A DNA stretch of 64,000 nt from OCS155 cluster bacterium AG-426-D23 (GCA_003213165.1 QCNO01000001.1:133403-197402), one strand, 5' to 3'; positions 10,300 through 20,780 are shown, counted from the stretch's first letter. Numbers and translations are program-made. Notes: generated by a model from the sequence alone, not told the origin.

Positions 10300-12231
10300 A
10301 TGGTAGAAGAACACAGTCCCGAATTCATTGATGCTGGAGAAAAGCAAAAGATAGATTTTTTTGAAGGTGATGTGCACTTAGGTCATTATGACTTTAGATT
10401 TGATTTTGACAACAAAAAGCATTTCTCAATTTCAAAAGATGGCATTGGTAGAGTAAGAGTACATTCTGAAAAAAATATTTCAAAAATTTGGATTTTGTTA
10501 GAGGATGAAGATTTCAGACCTGTCGAATTAAGAAAATATGCTGAAACAGACAGATTTATTTTTTGGGGTGTACAAGTTGAGTTTAGATCACAAATTGCAA
10601 AATTTAGTTTCGCTGCATCAACAGATGACAATTTAAATTTATATTTTGGAACTAGTGGTATTGCAAATTTTATATCACCATCAGAAAAATGGGTTTATGA
10701 CAGCAGTTCTTTCATGAGACACACAATTCCAGATTGGGTATATGGAGGAGTCATGTATCAAATATTTCCTGAAAGATTTTCAAATGGTGACAGCACGATC
10801 AATCCCAAAAATATTGTTGATTGGAATTCAACACCAACAAGATTAGGTTTTCATGGGGGTGATTTGATTGGAGTTTTGAACAATCTCGATCACATAGAAT
10901 CTCTCGGAGTAAACATATTGTATTTAAATCCTATATTCTTGTCATCTAGCACTCATAAATACGATGCTTGGGATCATTTTAAAGTTGATCCGACACTTGG
11001 AGGCGACGATGCTTTAAAAGACTTAATTAATGAATGCCATAATCGTGATATGAAGGTGGTGCTAGATTGCTCTTTAAATCACGTGCATCCAAGACATTTC
11101 GCTTTTCAGGACTTAATAGAAAATGGTGAAAACTCTAAATACAAAGAATGGTTCACTGTTTTTGATTACCCGGTCAGGTTTATTCATAGACCACACTTAT
11201 ATGCAAATACTTACAAAGTAGGGTGGGACGGCAATCAGGAAGAGTATAAGCAGTATCTTGACAAAACCTTTGAAGAAACAAAAGTTCCAATTGAAATAAA
11301 AGACGATGATGGTCCTATTGTTGAACCTTCATTTAAGGCTTGGTGGGGTGTTCCAGATATGCCAAAAATAAATTTTGAAAGCAAGGAAGCAAGACAATGG
11401 GCTCTTGATGTTACAAAGTACTGGATAGAAAATTTTGATATTGATGGATGGAGAATGGATGTAGCGAAAGAACTAGATTTTTCCTTCTGGAAAGAATTCA
11501 GAGACATTGCACATGGTGCAAATAAAGATACGCTTTTAATTTCTGAAATATTTGGTGATACATCTCAGTGGCTACAGGGTGATAGGTTTGATGGGACAAT
11601 GAATTATTCATTCAGAGAATCAATGACTGATTATTTTGCTACAAAAAGAATAGGTAATAAAGAATTTGCTGATTCACTTGCAAATTTATATTCAATGTAT
11701 TCTTTTGAAGCACTATCCTCTTGCCAAAATCTTTTAAGTTCACACGATGTAAAAAGATTTTTAAACAGATGTGGAAATGAAAAAGATGGCATACTTGGAG
11801 CAATATTTCTACAAGCTACCTTTCCAGGGATTGCGGGAATTTATTATGGTGATGAAATAGGATTAGGTGGTGCAGATGACCCATTTAACAGAGAACCTTT
11901 TCCATGGGATAATCAGCAATCTTGGAATTTCGAAATATTGAATTATCTCAAAGAACTAATGAAAATCAAACGAGAAAGCCCTATTTTCAAATACGGCCGT
12001 TTTGAATTGTTAAATGAACACAATGATTTCGTAGCTTTTAGAAGGATACTCAAGGACGAATCGATGCTGTGTATCATTAATCGTGAAAAATCTAACGATG
12101 ATTTTCAAATAATTTCAAATGCGCACAGTATTAATTTAAAGTTTGGTGAATGTACAACAAATCTTGATGATGGAAAGATAAAAATTACCAATAATTCAGG
12201 TGATATAGGAATTATAATTCACGAACAATAA
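10300..12231 (+). CDS. GH13 alpha-glycosidase (neopullulanase/cyclomaltodextrinase-like)
   Basis: YQIFPERF, GWRMDVA (nucleophile), SEIF (acid/base), SHD, YYGDEIG. Confidence 0.9.
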   Translation: MVEEHSPEFIDAGEKQKIDFFEGDVHLGHYDFRFDFDNKKHFSISKDGIGRVRVHSEKNISKIWILLEDEDFRPVELRKYAETDRFIFWGVQVEFRSQIAKFSFAASTDDNLNLYFGTSGIANFISPSEKWVYDSSSFMRHTIPDWVYGGVMYQIFPERFSNGDSTINPKNIVDWNSTPTRLGFHGGDLIGVLNNLDHIESLGVNILYLNPIFLSSSTHKYDAWDHFKVDPTLGGDDALKDLINECHNRDMKVVLDCSLNHVHPRHFAFQDLIENGENSKYKEWFTVFDYPVRFIHRPHLYANTYKVGWDGNQEEYKQYLDKTFEETKVPIEIKDDDGPIVEPSFKAWWGVPDMPKINFESKEARQWALDVTKYWIENFDIDGWRMDVAKELDFSFWKEFRDIAHGANKDTLLISEIFGDTSQWLQGDRFDGTMNYSFRESMTDYFATKRIGNKEFADSLANLYSMYSFEALSSCQNLLSSHDVKRFLNRCGNEKDGILGAIFLQATFPGIAGIYYGDEIGLGGADDPFNREPFPWDNQQSWNFEILNYLKELMKIKRESPIFKYGRFELLNEHNDFVAFRRILKDESMLCIINREKSNDDFQIISNAHSINLKFGECTTNLDDGKIKITNNSGDIGIIIHEQ

Positions 12232-12349
12232 ATCAAATTGTATATTTGTGAAATGTTTTTTCAAATTAAATAGAAATTTTTCAAATTCAGGATTATATTA
12301 TGCATACATTCTTTAATGAGTGGATATACGTATATACGAAAGGGAGTAT

Positions 12350-13654
12350 ATGAAAACTAATAAATTGCGATTTATCGTATTTTTATTAATGTTTTCTATG
12401 GTTGCCGTTGCTTGTGGAGGTGATGCTGCTGAAGAAACAACAGAAGCACCTGAAACAACTGAGGCACCACAGGAAACTCTTGCGGCACCTGCAACTACTT
12501 CTCCGCCACCGGAAAAGCTAGTTATATGGGCTGAAGAAAAAATTGCCGTTGCACTAGAACCATTAGTTGGTGCTTATGAAAGTGCAGCAGGAGTTGACAT
12601 AGAAGTTGTAATATATGATTTCGGTGCAATTAAAAACGATGTACTTACTGCTGGACCAGCAGGTGAGGGTCCAGACTTATTCGTCGGACCACATGACATG
12701 GTTGGTGAAGTAGTAGCAAATGGTGTAGTCGCACCAATCGATTTAGGTTCAATTTCAGATGATATATTTGAAGTTGGTATTGCAGGCTTTAGTTATGGGG
12801 GAGAGGTCTACGGATTTCCATATGCAACTGAAGCTATCGCCATGTATTATAATGCAGATTTAGTTGATGGTGTTCCATCAACATGGGAAGAAGTAAAAGC
12901 TGCGTGTGATGCAGCCGGTACAGAGTTATGTGTCGGTGCTCCAGGCGGTGGAGGTGCTGGCGATGCTTATCATAGCCATCCATTCTTCGCTTCAGACGGT
13001 GGATACATATTTAAGTTTGATGGTGGTTTTGATCCATCTGACGTAGGACTTGATAATGCATCTGCAATAGCATCTGCAGAATTTCTCGACTCTTTAGTGA
13101 AAAATGGAACAGTAGCCTCAACAGATTACGGTGCTTCTATGACAGCATTCCAAGAAGGTCGTTCATTATTCTGGATGACTGGTCCGTGGGCTAGAAATGA
13201 TGCAGCAGCTGTTAATTACGGTGTCGGTTTAATACCTACATTTAATGGCAATCCTGCAACACCATTTGTTGGAGTTAGAGGAATGTTTATATCTGCATTC
13301 AGTGAGAAGAAAGTTTTAGCTCAGAGCTTTATTTTAGATTTCTTTGCAACTGTTGATGTACAAGCAGCCATGTATGCAGAAGATCCAAGACTTCCAGCAA
13401 CAAAGTCATTATTTGCAATAGTTGAAGCTGAAGATCCAATTGCTGCACAATTTGCAGCGAGTGCGTCTAACGGAATTCCTATGCCAAACATACCTGAAAT
13501 GGGTAATGTATGGGGACCTGTTGGTGATGCAATGTTAATAATTAGAGATCAAAATTATGGTACGAATGAAGATACAGGAGTAACTGTAAATTCTGCTTCT
13601 GACGCTATGAAATTAGCAGCTCAGCAAGTAAGAGATGCCATTGCTGGTGGATAA
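12350..13654 (+). CDS. malE: Maltose/maltodextrin ABC substrate-binding lipoprotein
   Basis: SD AGGGAG before ATG 12350; lipobox VAC; Thr/Pro/Glu linker; GPDLF..PHD, TGPW, PMPNIPEM motifs. Confidence 0.9.
   Translation: MKTNKLRFIVFLLMFSMVAVACGGDAAEETTEAPETTEAPQETLAAPATTSPPPEKLVIWAEEKIAVALEPLVGAYESAAGVDIEVVIYDFGAIKNDVLTAGPAGEGPDLFVGPHDMVGEVVANGVVAPIDLGSISDDIFEVGIAGFSYGGEVYGFPYATEAIAMYYNADLVDGVPSTWEEVKAACDAAGTELCVGAPGGGGAGDAYHSHPFFASDGGYIFKFDGGFDPSDVGLDNASAIASAEFLDSLVKNGTVASTDYGASMTAFQEGRSLFWMTGPWARNDAAAVNYGVGLIPTFNGNPATPFVGVRGMFISAFSEKKVLAQSFILDFFATVDVQAAMYAEDPRLPATKSLFAIVEAEDPIAAQFAASASNGIPMPNIPEMGNVWGPVGDAMLIIRDQNYGTNEDTGVTVNSASDAMKLAAQQVRDAIAGG
12434..12469 (+). repeat. Imperfect 18-bp tandem repeat encoding ETTEAP x2 in the lipoprotein tether
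   Basis: gaaacaacagaagcacct / gaaacaactgaggcacca. Confidence 0.7.
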
Positions 13655-13674
13655 TTACTAATAAATAAATTTAT

Positions 13675-13705
13675 AATCGGGGCTCTTTATGAGCCCCGAT
13701 TTTTA
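13675..13705 (+). terminator. Intrinsic terminator / mRNA-stabilising hairpin after malE
   Basis: Perfect 11-bp stem aatcggggctc / gagccccgatt with a 5-nt loop, followed by a short T run. Confidence 0.85.
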
Positions 13706-13721
13706 TGTGATATATTAAGTT

Positions 13722-15314
13722 ATGCAGTATTCAACAATATTAAGATATCTATTTTTAGGTGTTTTTAATGGATTTGTAGTTTATTTAGTACCATTAACTA
13801 TTGCATTCGAATCATGGTTTTTACTAATAATTACAATAATTATTACTCTTCTTGTAAACCTCACATATGCGACAAATAGATTAAAACCACTTAAATGGAT
13901 AACACCAGGGATGATATTTCTTTTATCATTTGTTGTTTTTCCTGCTGCTTATAGTTTTTATGTTTCGTTTACAAACTGGTCAACAGGACATATTTTAACT
14001 AAACAACAGGCAATTGAGAGGTTAGAAGACCTTACATATACAAAAGATGATCAAAGAGGTGTTGAATTTGACTTATATGTTTTACAAGATCAAAATTTGG
14101 AATATTATTTTCTTGCAGATCTTGATAATGAAAATTTATTATTTGGAAAAGCTGTTCAAGAAAATGAATTTAATGCAATTGACTTTGCCAACCATGAACC
14201 ATCATTTAAAAATTCTGATGGTGAAATCTTAATTCCAGACAATCTATATTTGTTGTCTGGCAGGGAACAAATAGCTAATTCTTCTCAACTTCAAGAATTG
14301 TCACTTTTAGTAAATAAGAATACACGTATTCAACTTTATAATATTTCAGTATTTGGTGCATCTAGTGGGAGGCTTTTATCAGCTCAACAAAAGTATTCGT
14401 ATATTGCTGAAACTGATACGTTATACGACAATGTCAATGATTCAGCTTGTACATTAGGTAATAGGGGTAATTTCATATGCAATGGTCAAACAATCGACCC
14501 GGGTTGGAGAATCAATGTTGGCACTGAGAATTATCAGCGAATAGCAGATGATGAGAGATTTAGAGGTCCTCTGAGAATAGTAACCTTATGGACTTTTCAA
14601 TTTGCCTTTTTTGCAGTTTTTCTAACTTTTTTTGTTGGCTTACTTTTAAGTGTCTCATTAAACAAAGATAAACTTAAATTCCAAAAAATTTACAGATCAA
14701 TTTACATACTTCCATATGCTATTCCAGGTTTTATATCTATTTTAGTTTTTAAAGGTCTTCTAAATCCTGATTTTGGTTTAGTCAATGATTGGTTCGGTCC
14801 TTTATATGAATTATTTAATATTGAGCCAATAAATTGGTTTAGAACTAAAGAAAGCTCAAGGGCAGCAGTTTTGCTGGTAAATACTTGGTTAGGTTTCCCA
14901 TATATGTTTTTAATTACAACTGGTGCTCTTCAGTCAATACCAAATGAGCTTTTAGAAGCTGCAAAAGTTGATGGTGCAACTCCAAGACAATCATTTTGGA
15001 GAATCACATTTCCACTACTATTAGTTGCAATATCACCATTACTTATTGGTGCATTTGCATTCAACTTCAATAATTTTACCCTTATATTTTTACTTACAAG
15101 TGGTGGACCGCCCATAGTTGGAGCTGATGTAGCGGTTGGGTATACAGATATTTTGATATCTTTTACATATGATTTAGCTATAGCCGGTGGAAGAGGCTAT
15201 CAATTTGGACTTGCTGCCAGTGTTACCACAATAATTTTCCTAATTGTTTTATTTATATCTGCAGTATCTTTCAGATACTCAAAGCGTTTGGAGCGTGTTT
15301 ATGGTAATTTATAA
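13722..15314 (+). CDS. malF: Maltose ABC transporter permease MalF
   Basis: Large extracytoplasmic loop; WLGFPYM, EAAKVDGA, FAFNFNNF motifs. Confidence 0.9.
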   Translation: MQYSTILRYLFLGVFNGFVVYLVPLTIAFESWFLLIITIIITLLVNLTYATNRLKPLKWITPGMIFLLSFVVFPAAYSFYVSFTNWSTGHILTKQQAIERLEDLTYTKDDQRGVEFDLYVLQDQNLEYYFLADLDNENLLFGKAVQENEFNAIDFANHEPSFKNSDGEILIPDNLYLLSGREQIANSSQLQELSLLVNKNTRIQLYNISVFGASSGRLLSAQQKYSYIAETDTLYDNVNDSACTLGNRGNFICNGQTIDPGWRINVGTENYQRIADDERFRGPLRIVTLWTFQFAFFAVFLTFFVGLLLSVSLNKDKLKFQKIYRSIYILPYAIPGFISILVFKGLLNPDFGLVNDWFGPLYELFNIEPINWFRTKESSRAAVLLVNTWLGFPYMFLITTGALQSIPNELLEAAKVDGATPRQSFWRITFPLLLVAISPLLIGAFAFNFNNFTLIFLLTSGGPPIVGADVAVGYTDILISFTYDLAIAGGRGYQFGLAASVTTIIFLIVLFISAVSFRYSKRLERVYGNL

Positions 15315-16167
15315 ATTTATGAAATGGTTCAGAGAATTTGGATGGAGACATCTTATAGGTTTGATATTTGCGATAATTTCTTTATATCCAATTTTGTATG
15401 TTGTAACGAACTCTTTTGCAGATTTTGCAAATTTATCTAATTCAAAACTTATACCAGACGGATTTACAACTAAACATTATCAAAGTTTGACTGGAGACCC
15501 TCTCATCCCTTATTACAAATGGTTGTTTAATACGTATAAAATAGCCGGAATTGCTGGATTTCTTAATGTTTTACTTGGTACATTCGCTGCTTTTGCTTTC
15601 GCAAGATTAAAATTCAAAGGTAGAAGAGTTGGTCTTATAACTTTAGTACTTGTTCAAATGTTTCCATCTTTTCTTGCATTTGTGGCAATCTACCTATTAT
15701 TTTTTCAGATTGGTGATGTTGCACCTTTTATTGGTTTAGGCACGCATATAGGCTTAATCTTTGTCTATCTAGGAGGATCGATAGGATTTAATTCATGGTT
15801 GATTAAGGGCTTCATGGATACAATACCAACTTCTTTAGATGAAGCTGCAAAAGTTGATGGTGCAACCGATTTTCAAATATTTTATAAAATTATAGCCCCG
15901 CTTTCAAGACCAATAATTGTTGTTTTGTTTGTAATTACATTTATAGGTATCTATTCAGACTATATTCTTGCAGCAATCTTTTTGAAAGATGCGAATTTAT
16001 ATACTGTTGCTTTAGGAATCAATATAGTGTTTATGGATGACTTTAGTAATGAATGGGGAAGTATTGCTGCAGCATCTGTAATTGCTGCAACACCTATTGC
16101 TGTATTGTTCTTATTTTTTCAAAAGCAAATAACTGGTGGCTTAACTGCAGGTTCAATAAAAGGATGA
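15301..16167 (+). CDS. malG: Maltose ABC transporter permease MalG
   Basis: QMFP, KGFMDTIP..LDEAAKVDGA, GLTAGSIKG. Start at ATG 15301 or 15319. Confidence 0.9.
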   Translation: MVIYKFMKWFREFGWRHLIGLIFAIISLYPILYVVTNSFADFANLSNSKLIPDGFTTKHYQSLTGDPLIPYYKWLFNTYKIAGIAGFLNVLLGTFAAFAFARLKFKGRRVGLITLVLVQMFPSFLAFVAIYLLFFQIGDVAPFIGLGTHIGLIFVYLGGSIGFNSWLIKGFMDTIPTSLDEAAKVDGATDFQIFYKIIAPLSRPIIVVLFVITFIGIYSDYILAAIFLKDANLYTVALGINIVFMDDFSNEWGSIAAASVIAATPIAVLFLFFQKQITGGLTAGSIKG

Positions 16168-16838
16168 CAAAAAAAGCACTTTTTCTATCTGGAGGTTGGG
16201 AAGGACATGAACCACAGGAAACTTCAGAATTTATATCGAGTGAATTACAACAATTTAAAATTCAAAGTGAAATAGTAAATGATTTGGACGTTTTAGGGGA
16301 CATAGATTTTCTAAAAAATTTTGACATCATTATACCAGTTTGGACAATGGGAAAAATTGATGATGATAATTGGGAAATAAAGAATTCGAAAATTGGGAAC
16401 CTACAAGAGGTTATACATTCAGGAATTGGTCTTGCAGGATGGCACGGAGGAATGGCAGATGCTTTTAGAGACAATACAAATTATCAATTTTTAGTAGGAA
16501 GTCAATTTGTCTGTCATCCTGGAGATTTTGTAGATTATCAGGTAATCATCAAAGATGATGAACATCCAATTACCCATAATATTAATCACTTCAGTGTTCA
16601 CTCTGAGCAGTATTTTTTACACTATGATCCATCAGTAAATATCATTGCGTCTACAACATTTAATGAGAAATATCACAGTTGGATTGATGGAGTAGAAATG
16701 CCAATTGCTTATACAAAGACCTGGGGTAAAGGAAAAATTTTCTATTGTTCTATTGGTCATCATATGAAAGATTTTGAAAATTTAGATGTTGTTAGGTTAA
16801 TTTGCCAGGGTATTAATTGGGCTGTTAAGAGCACATGA
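16164..16838 (+). CDS. ThuA-like domain protein
   Basis: GGWEGHEP, GWHGG, FVCHP, SEQY, YCSIGH motifs; ATGA overlap with malG stop. Confidence 0.85.
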   Translation: MTKKALFLSGGWEGHEPQETSEFISSELQQFKIQSEIVNDLDVLGDIDFLKNFDIIIPVWTMGKIDDDNWEIKNSKIGNLQEVIHSGIGLAGWHGGMADAFRDNTNYQFLVGSQFVCHPGDFVDYQVIIKDDEHPITHNINHFSVHSEQYFLHYDPSVNIIASTTFNEKYHSWIDGVEMPIAYTKTWGKGKIFYCSIGHHMKDFENLDVVRLICQGINWAVKST

Positions 16839-17881
16839 ATATTGGAATTATTGGTTGTGGAGCAATCTCAAGTCAATATATGGTCGGATTTGATAAGAAT
16901 AAAAATGATGTAAATGTTCTTGCTTGTGCTGACTTAGATAATGAAAAATCTAAATTATTTGCTAAAGAGTACAATATTGAACATTTGACTGTAAATAATC
17001 TTTTTTCTAATCCAGATATAGATATTATTGTAAATTTAACTCCACCGTCTTCGCATTTTGAAATTTCATGTGAATCTTTGAAAAGTGGAAAACATGTATT
17101 TTCTGAAAAACCTGTAGCTCTATCAATAGAACAAGGAAAAAAACTTTATGGTCTAATTTATAAACATGACCGATATTTATTTTCTGCACCAGATACAACT
17201 TTAGGTCCCGCATTTACAAAAAGTCAGGACTTGATTTTATCTGGAAAAATTGGTGAAATAATCGGAGCCTCAGCTAGTTTTGCGACCCATGGTGTGGAAG
17301 GCTGGCATCCTAATCCTTCATTTTATTACAAAAAAGGAGGGGGGCCGTTGTTTGATATGGGACCATATTATTTAACTGCACTTTTCAAGATCCTAGGTCC
17401 TGTCAGTGAAATTATTTCATATTCTCAAAAAACATTTCAAGTAAGGAGTGTTGACAATCCAGAAGTTAAGTATAAAAACATTGATGTTGATGTAGATACA
17501 CATTATCTTGCATTATTAAAATTTAAATCTGGTGTTGTAGTTGATTTTGAAATTAGTTTTGATATTTGGAAACCTTATGAACCAAAATTAGAATTTTATG
17601 GATCATTGTCTTCAATAAAATTTGCAGATCCAAATAATTATGATGGTGATGTGTCAATATTTGATAAAAATTCGTACCGGTGGGAAAAAGTTCATTCTTC
17701 TACAAATGATGAAAATAATTATTACAGAGGCCTTGGAGTAATTAATATGGTTAAGTCAATTACTGAAAATAACATTTCACAAGATGAAATGTTATTACCA
17801 TTTCATGTTTTAGAAGTAATGTGTGCATTAGAGACTTATGATGGAAAGGGTAGATGGGAAAAAATCAACCCACAATTTTAA
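16835..17881 (+). CDS. Gfo/Idh/MocA family oxidoreductase
   Basis: GIIGCGAIS, HVFSEKP, GGGPLFDMGPYY motifs. Confidence 0.9.
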   Translation: MNIGIIGCGAISSQYMVGFDKNKNDVNVLACADLDNEKSKLFAKEYNIEHLTVNNLFSNPDIDIIVNLTPPSSHFEISCESLKSGKHVFSEKPVALSIEQGKKLYGLIYKHDRYLFSAPDTTLGPAFTKSQDLILSGKIGEIIGASASFATHGVEGWHPNPSFYYKKGGGPLFDMGPYYLTALFKILGPVSEIISYSQKTFQVRSVDNPEVKYKNIDVDVDTHYLALLKFKSGVVVDFEISFDIWKPYEPKLEFYGSLSSIKFADPNNYDGDVSIFDKNSYRWEKVHSSTNDENNYYRGLGVINMVKSITENNISQDEMLLPFHVLEVMCALETYDGKGRWEKINPQF

Positions 17882-17944
17882 GATAAAAATTAGAGAATTT
17901 TCTTATTGAATATTAAAATTCTTTTATAAGACATAGGAGGAAAT

Positions 17945-19870
17945 TTGTCAGAATTACACGATTATTTAAAATCTCAAGAAAGCCTAATTACGTCCTCAAT
18001 AGAGGGAAAAACACTAATTGATTTTATTGATAGAAATGCAGATGAATATCCAGACTATCCTGCTTTAAATACACCTGCTAATAGTGAGTACTCTGCTTGG
18101 GATTCAATGTCATGGTCAGAATACAGAGAAGTTTCAAAAAATCTTGCTTCAGGTTTAATGTCCTTAGGTCTTGGGCCAGGTAATACGGCATTTATTATGT
18201 CAAATAACACTAAAGAACACAATATTTCGGATTTAGGGATTGTATATTGTGGAGCTACACCTTCAACTCTCTACAAGCAATTAAAGTCTGAACAAATAGA
18301 GTATGTGGCAAACCTCATGGAAGCAAAAGTGGCGATAGTAGGAGATTTAGAGTTATTTGAAGAGGTAAACAAAGCAAAAAATAATTGTCCAAAATTAGAA
18401 GCTGTAGTTCTTATAGATGGATATGAAGAAAAACAAGATTTAGATTACGTTTATAGTTATGAAGAATTGATTTCAAAAGGTGAAGAAATTAACCGTCAAG
18501 ATAGTTCAAAGTTAGATTCTGCTATATCAACTATTACTCCTGACACTCTTGCATGTTTAATTTTCACATCTGGAACAACAGGTAGACCAAAGGGAGTAAT
18601 GATAACCCATAGGAATGTTCTGTGGACAATTGAAAGCCTTTTTGGACAAATTATTCCCGCAAGTAAGTATCCCAGAATTGTATCCTATCTTCCAATGGCA
18701 CATATTGCGGCCAGAGCAGGCGATCATTACCAGGCAATATACAGAACTGGTCAAATATTTCCAGTTCCGGTTCTTGAAGATATGAGAGATGCTTTACCTA
18801 CAATTAAACCCTCAGTTTTTCTTGCTGTTCCAAGAGTATGGGAAAAATTTAAGGCAGGACTAGAAGCGCGTATTGAAGAAAATCCAAAAAAAGATTTAAT
18901 CGAAAAAGCTATAGCAAACGGTCTTGAGAAAGTTGAATATGAACAAAAGGGTGAGAACGTACCATTAGGAATAAAAATTAAAGATAAATTATTTGCAAAA
19001 CTTGTTTTTTCAAAATTTAAGGATGGATTAGGAATTACAGATACAGAATATTTTGTAACAGCTGCAGCTCCAATGAACCGTGATGTACATAAGTGGTTTC
19101 ATGCAATTGGTATTGATGTTACAGAAATATACGGTATGACCGAGGATACTGGCCCAGCAACTATTGGTGTACCAACTAATGCTGCTGAATCTTTTTCAAA
19201 AAGGTTAAAAGCTGATGGTATAAGTATTCCTAGTGTTTTAAATCCTATCGGTAAAGTTGGCATTCCAATTCCAGGTACTGAGGTGAAAATCATGGAAGAT
19301 GGAGAATTATGTATCAAAGGCAATCATGTTGCTCAAGGGTATTATAAGTCTGAAGAACAAACTGCTGAAACTTTTGATGAAGATGGATGGCTTCACACAG
19401 GAGATCTTGCAGAAATAGATTCTGAAGGATTCGTAAAAATTATTGGAAGAAAGAAAGAGATTCTAATAACTTCGGCAGGAAAAAACATTGCGCCAGTAGA
19501 AGTTGAAGATCTAATAAAACCACACCAATTAATCGGACAAGTTTGTGTTGTAGGCGATGGAAAGAAATATTTAACAGCACTAATTGTTCTTGATGGAGAT
19601 GGAGGTGCTGAAGCTTGGGCAAATGAAAATGGGGTTAGCTACTCTATTAAAGACATGGCTTCTAATGAAGAAGTCTTAAAAGCTATTCAGGATCAGGTCG
19701 ATAAAGCTAATTCAAAAGTAGCTCAAGTGCAACAAATTAAAAAATTTGTAATCCTTGAAAATGAATGGACAGACTCAAGTGGAGAGTTGACACCTACATT
19801 AAAACTTAAAAGAAGTGTAATTGCTGATATGTATAATGATGAGATTGAATCAATGTATGAGGAGGTCTAA
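17945..19870 (+). CDS. fadD: Long-chain fatty acid--CoA ligase
   Basis: FTSGTTGRPKG, YGMTE, WLHTGD, TPTLKLKR; SD AGGAGG with TTG start. Confidence 0.9.
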   Translation: MSELHDYLKSQESLITSSIEGKTLIDFIDRNADEYPDYPALNTPANSEYSAWDSMSWSEYREVSKNLASGLMSLGLGPGNTAFIMSNNTKEHNISDLGIVYCGATPSTLYKQLKSEQIEYVANLMEAKVAIVGDLELFEEVNKAKNNCPKLEAVVLIDGYEEKQDLDYVYSYEELISKGEEINRQDSSKLDSAISTITPDTLACLIFTSGTTGRPKGVMITHRNVLWTIESLFGQIIPASKYPRIVSYLPMAHIAARAGDHYQAIYRTGQIFPVPVLEDMRDALPTIKPSVFLAVPRVWEKFKAGLEARIEENPKKDLIEKAIANGLEKVEYEQKGENVPLGIKIKDKLFAKLVFSKFKDGLGITDTEYFVTAAAPMNRDVHKWFHAIGIDVTEIYGMTEDTGPATIGVPTNAAESFSKRLKADGISIPSVLNPIGKVGIPIPGTEVKIMEDGELCIKGNHVAQGYYKSEEQTAETFDEDGWLHTGDLAEIDSEGFVKIIGRKKEILITSAGKNIAPVEVEDLIKPHQLIGQVCVVGDGKKYLTALIVLDGDGGAEAWANENGVSYSIKDMASNEEVLKAIQDQVDKANSKVAQVQQIKKFVILENEWTDSSGELTPTLKLKRSVIADMYNDEIESMYEEV

Positions 19871-19872
19871 AA

Positions 19873-20778
19873 TTGAGTGGAATTAGTTTTGAAAATAAAA
19901 CAGTTGTTGTAACAGGCGCAGGCAATGGTTTAGGAAAAGCATATGCACTTGAATTTGCAAATAGAGGTGCAAATGTTGTTGTAAATGATATTGGTGGTTC
20001 TGTAACTGGAGATGGTTCAGAAAATGCTCCTGCAGATGTTGTTGTTGAAGAAATTAATTCTTCCGGTGGAAGTGCAGTTGCTAATTATGATTCTGTTGCA
20101 ACTAAACAAGGCGGGGAGTCAATTATTGAATCTGCTTTAAGTAATTTTGGTTCTGTAGATGCGGTAGTAAACAATGCAGGTATTTTGAGAGACAAAAGTT
20201 TTGCCAAAATGGAAGAAGATGATTTAAATGCAATCATTGATGTTCATCTTAAAGGTACTTTTTTTGTGTGCCAACCAGCTTTTATTCAAATGAAAGAACA
20301 AGGGTATGGGAGATTTGTAAATGTTTCATCACCATCTGGACTTTTTGGTAATTTTGGCCAATTGAATTACGGAGCAGCAAAAATGGGAATTGTTGGTCTT
20401 ACTAATGTATTAGCAATAGAGGGCGCCAAATATAATATAAAAGCAAATGTTATTGCCCCTAACGCTGCTACAAGAATGACAGAAACACTGTTTGGAGAAG
20501 ATATGTCAAAGCTACTAACAGTAGATAACATCACACCATTGGTTGTTTATTTAGCGTCTGAGCAGTGTGAAATTACTCATGAGATATTTTCAGCAGGTGG
20601 AGGCAGGTTTGCAAGAATTGGGATTTCTACTGATGTTGGATATTTTAATGCTACTGCAAAAGCAGAGGATATCTTTGCTAATATTGATCAAATTAGAGAC
20701 TTATCAAATTCAATATACCCAACAAGTTTAGCTGATGAGCTGCCATTATTTAATGAAGCAATGAATAAAGGAAATTAA
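19873..20778 (+). CDS. SDR oxidoreductase, (R)-3-hydroxyacyl-CoA dehydrogenase/MFE-2-like
   Basis: TGAGNGLG, VVVND, NNAGILRD, GNFGQLNYGAAK motifs. Confidence 0.88.
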   Translation: MSGISFENKTVVVTGAGNGLGKAYALEFANRGANVVVNDIGGSVTGDGSENAPADVVVEEINSSGGSAVANYDSVATKQGGESIIESALSNFGSVDAVVNNAGILRDKSFAKMEEDDLNAIIDVHLKGTFFVCQPAFIQMKEQGYGRFVNVSSPSGLFGNFGQLNYGAAKMGIVGLTNVLAIEGAKYNIKANVIAPNAATRMTETLFGEDMSKLLTVDNITPLVVYLASEQCEITHEIFSAGGGRFARIGISTDVGYFNATAKAEDIFANIDQIRDLSNSIYPTSLADELPLFNEAMNKGN

Positions 20779-20780
20779 AT

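Noticed and set aside
14955..15866. Identical 26-bp sequence gaagctgcaaaagttgatggtgcaac in malF (14955-14980) and malG (15841-15866)
   Set aside because: Encodes the conserved EAA loop (EAAKVDGAT) with preferred codons; not a mobile or CRISPR repeat.
12350..16167. Sugar ABC operon lacks an ATPase gene
   Set aside because: Normal in Gram-positive bacteria, which share an MsiK/MsmX-type ATPase encoded elsewhere.
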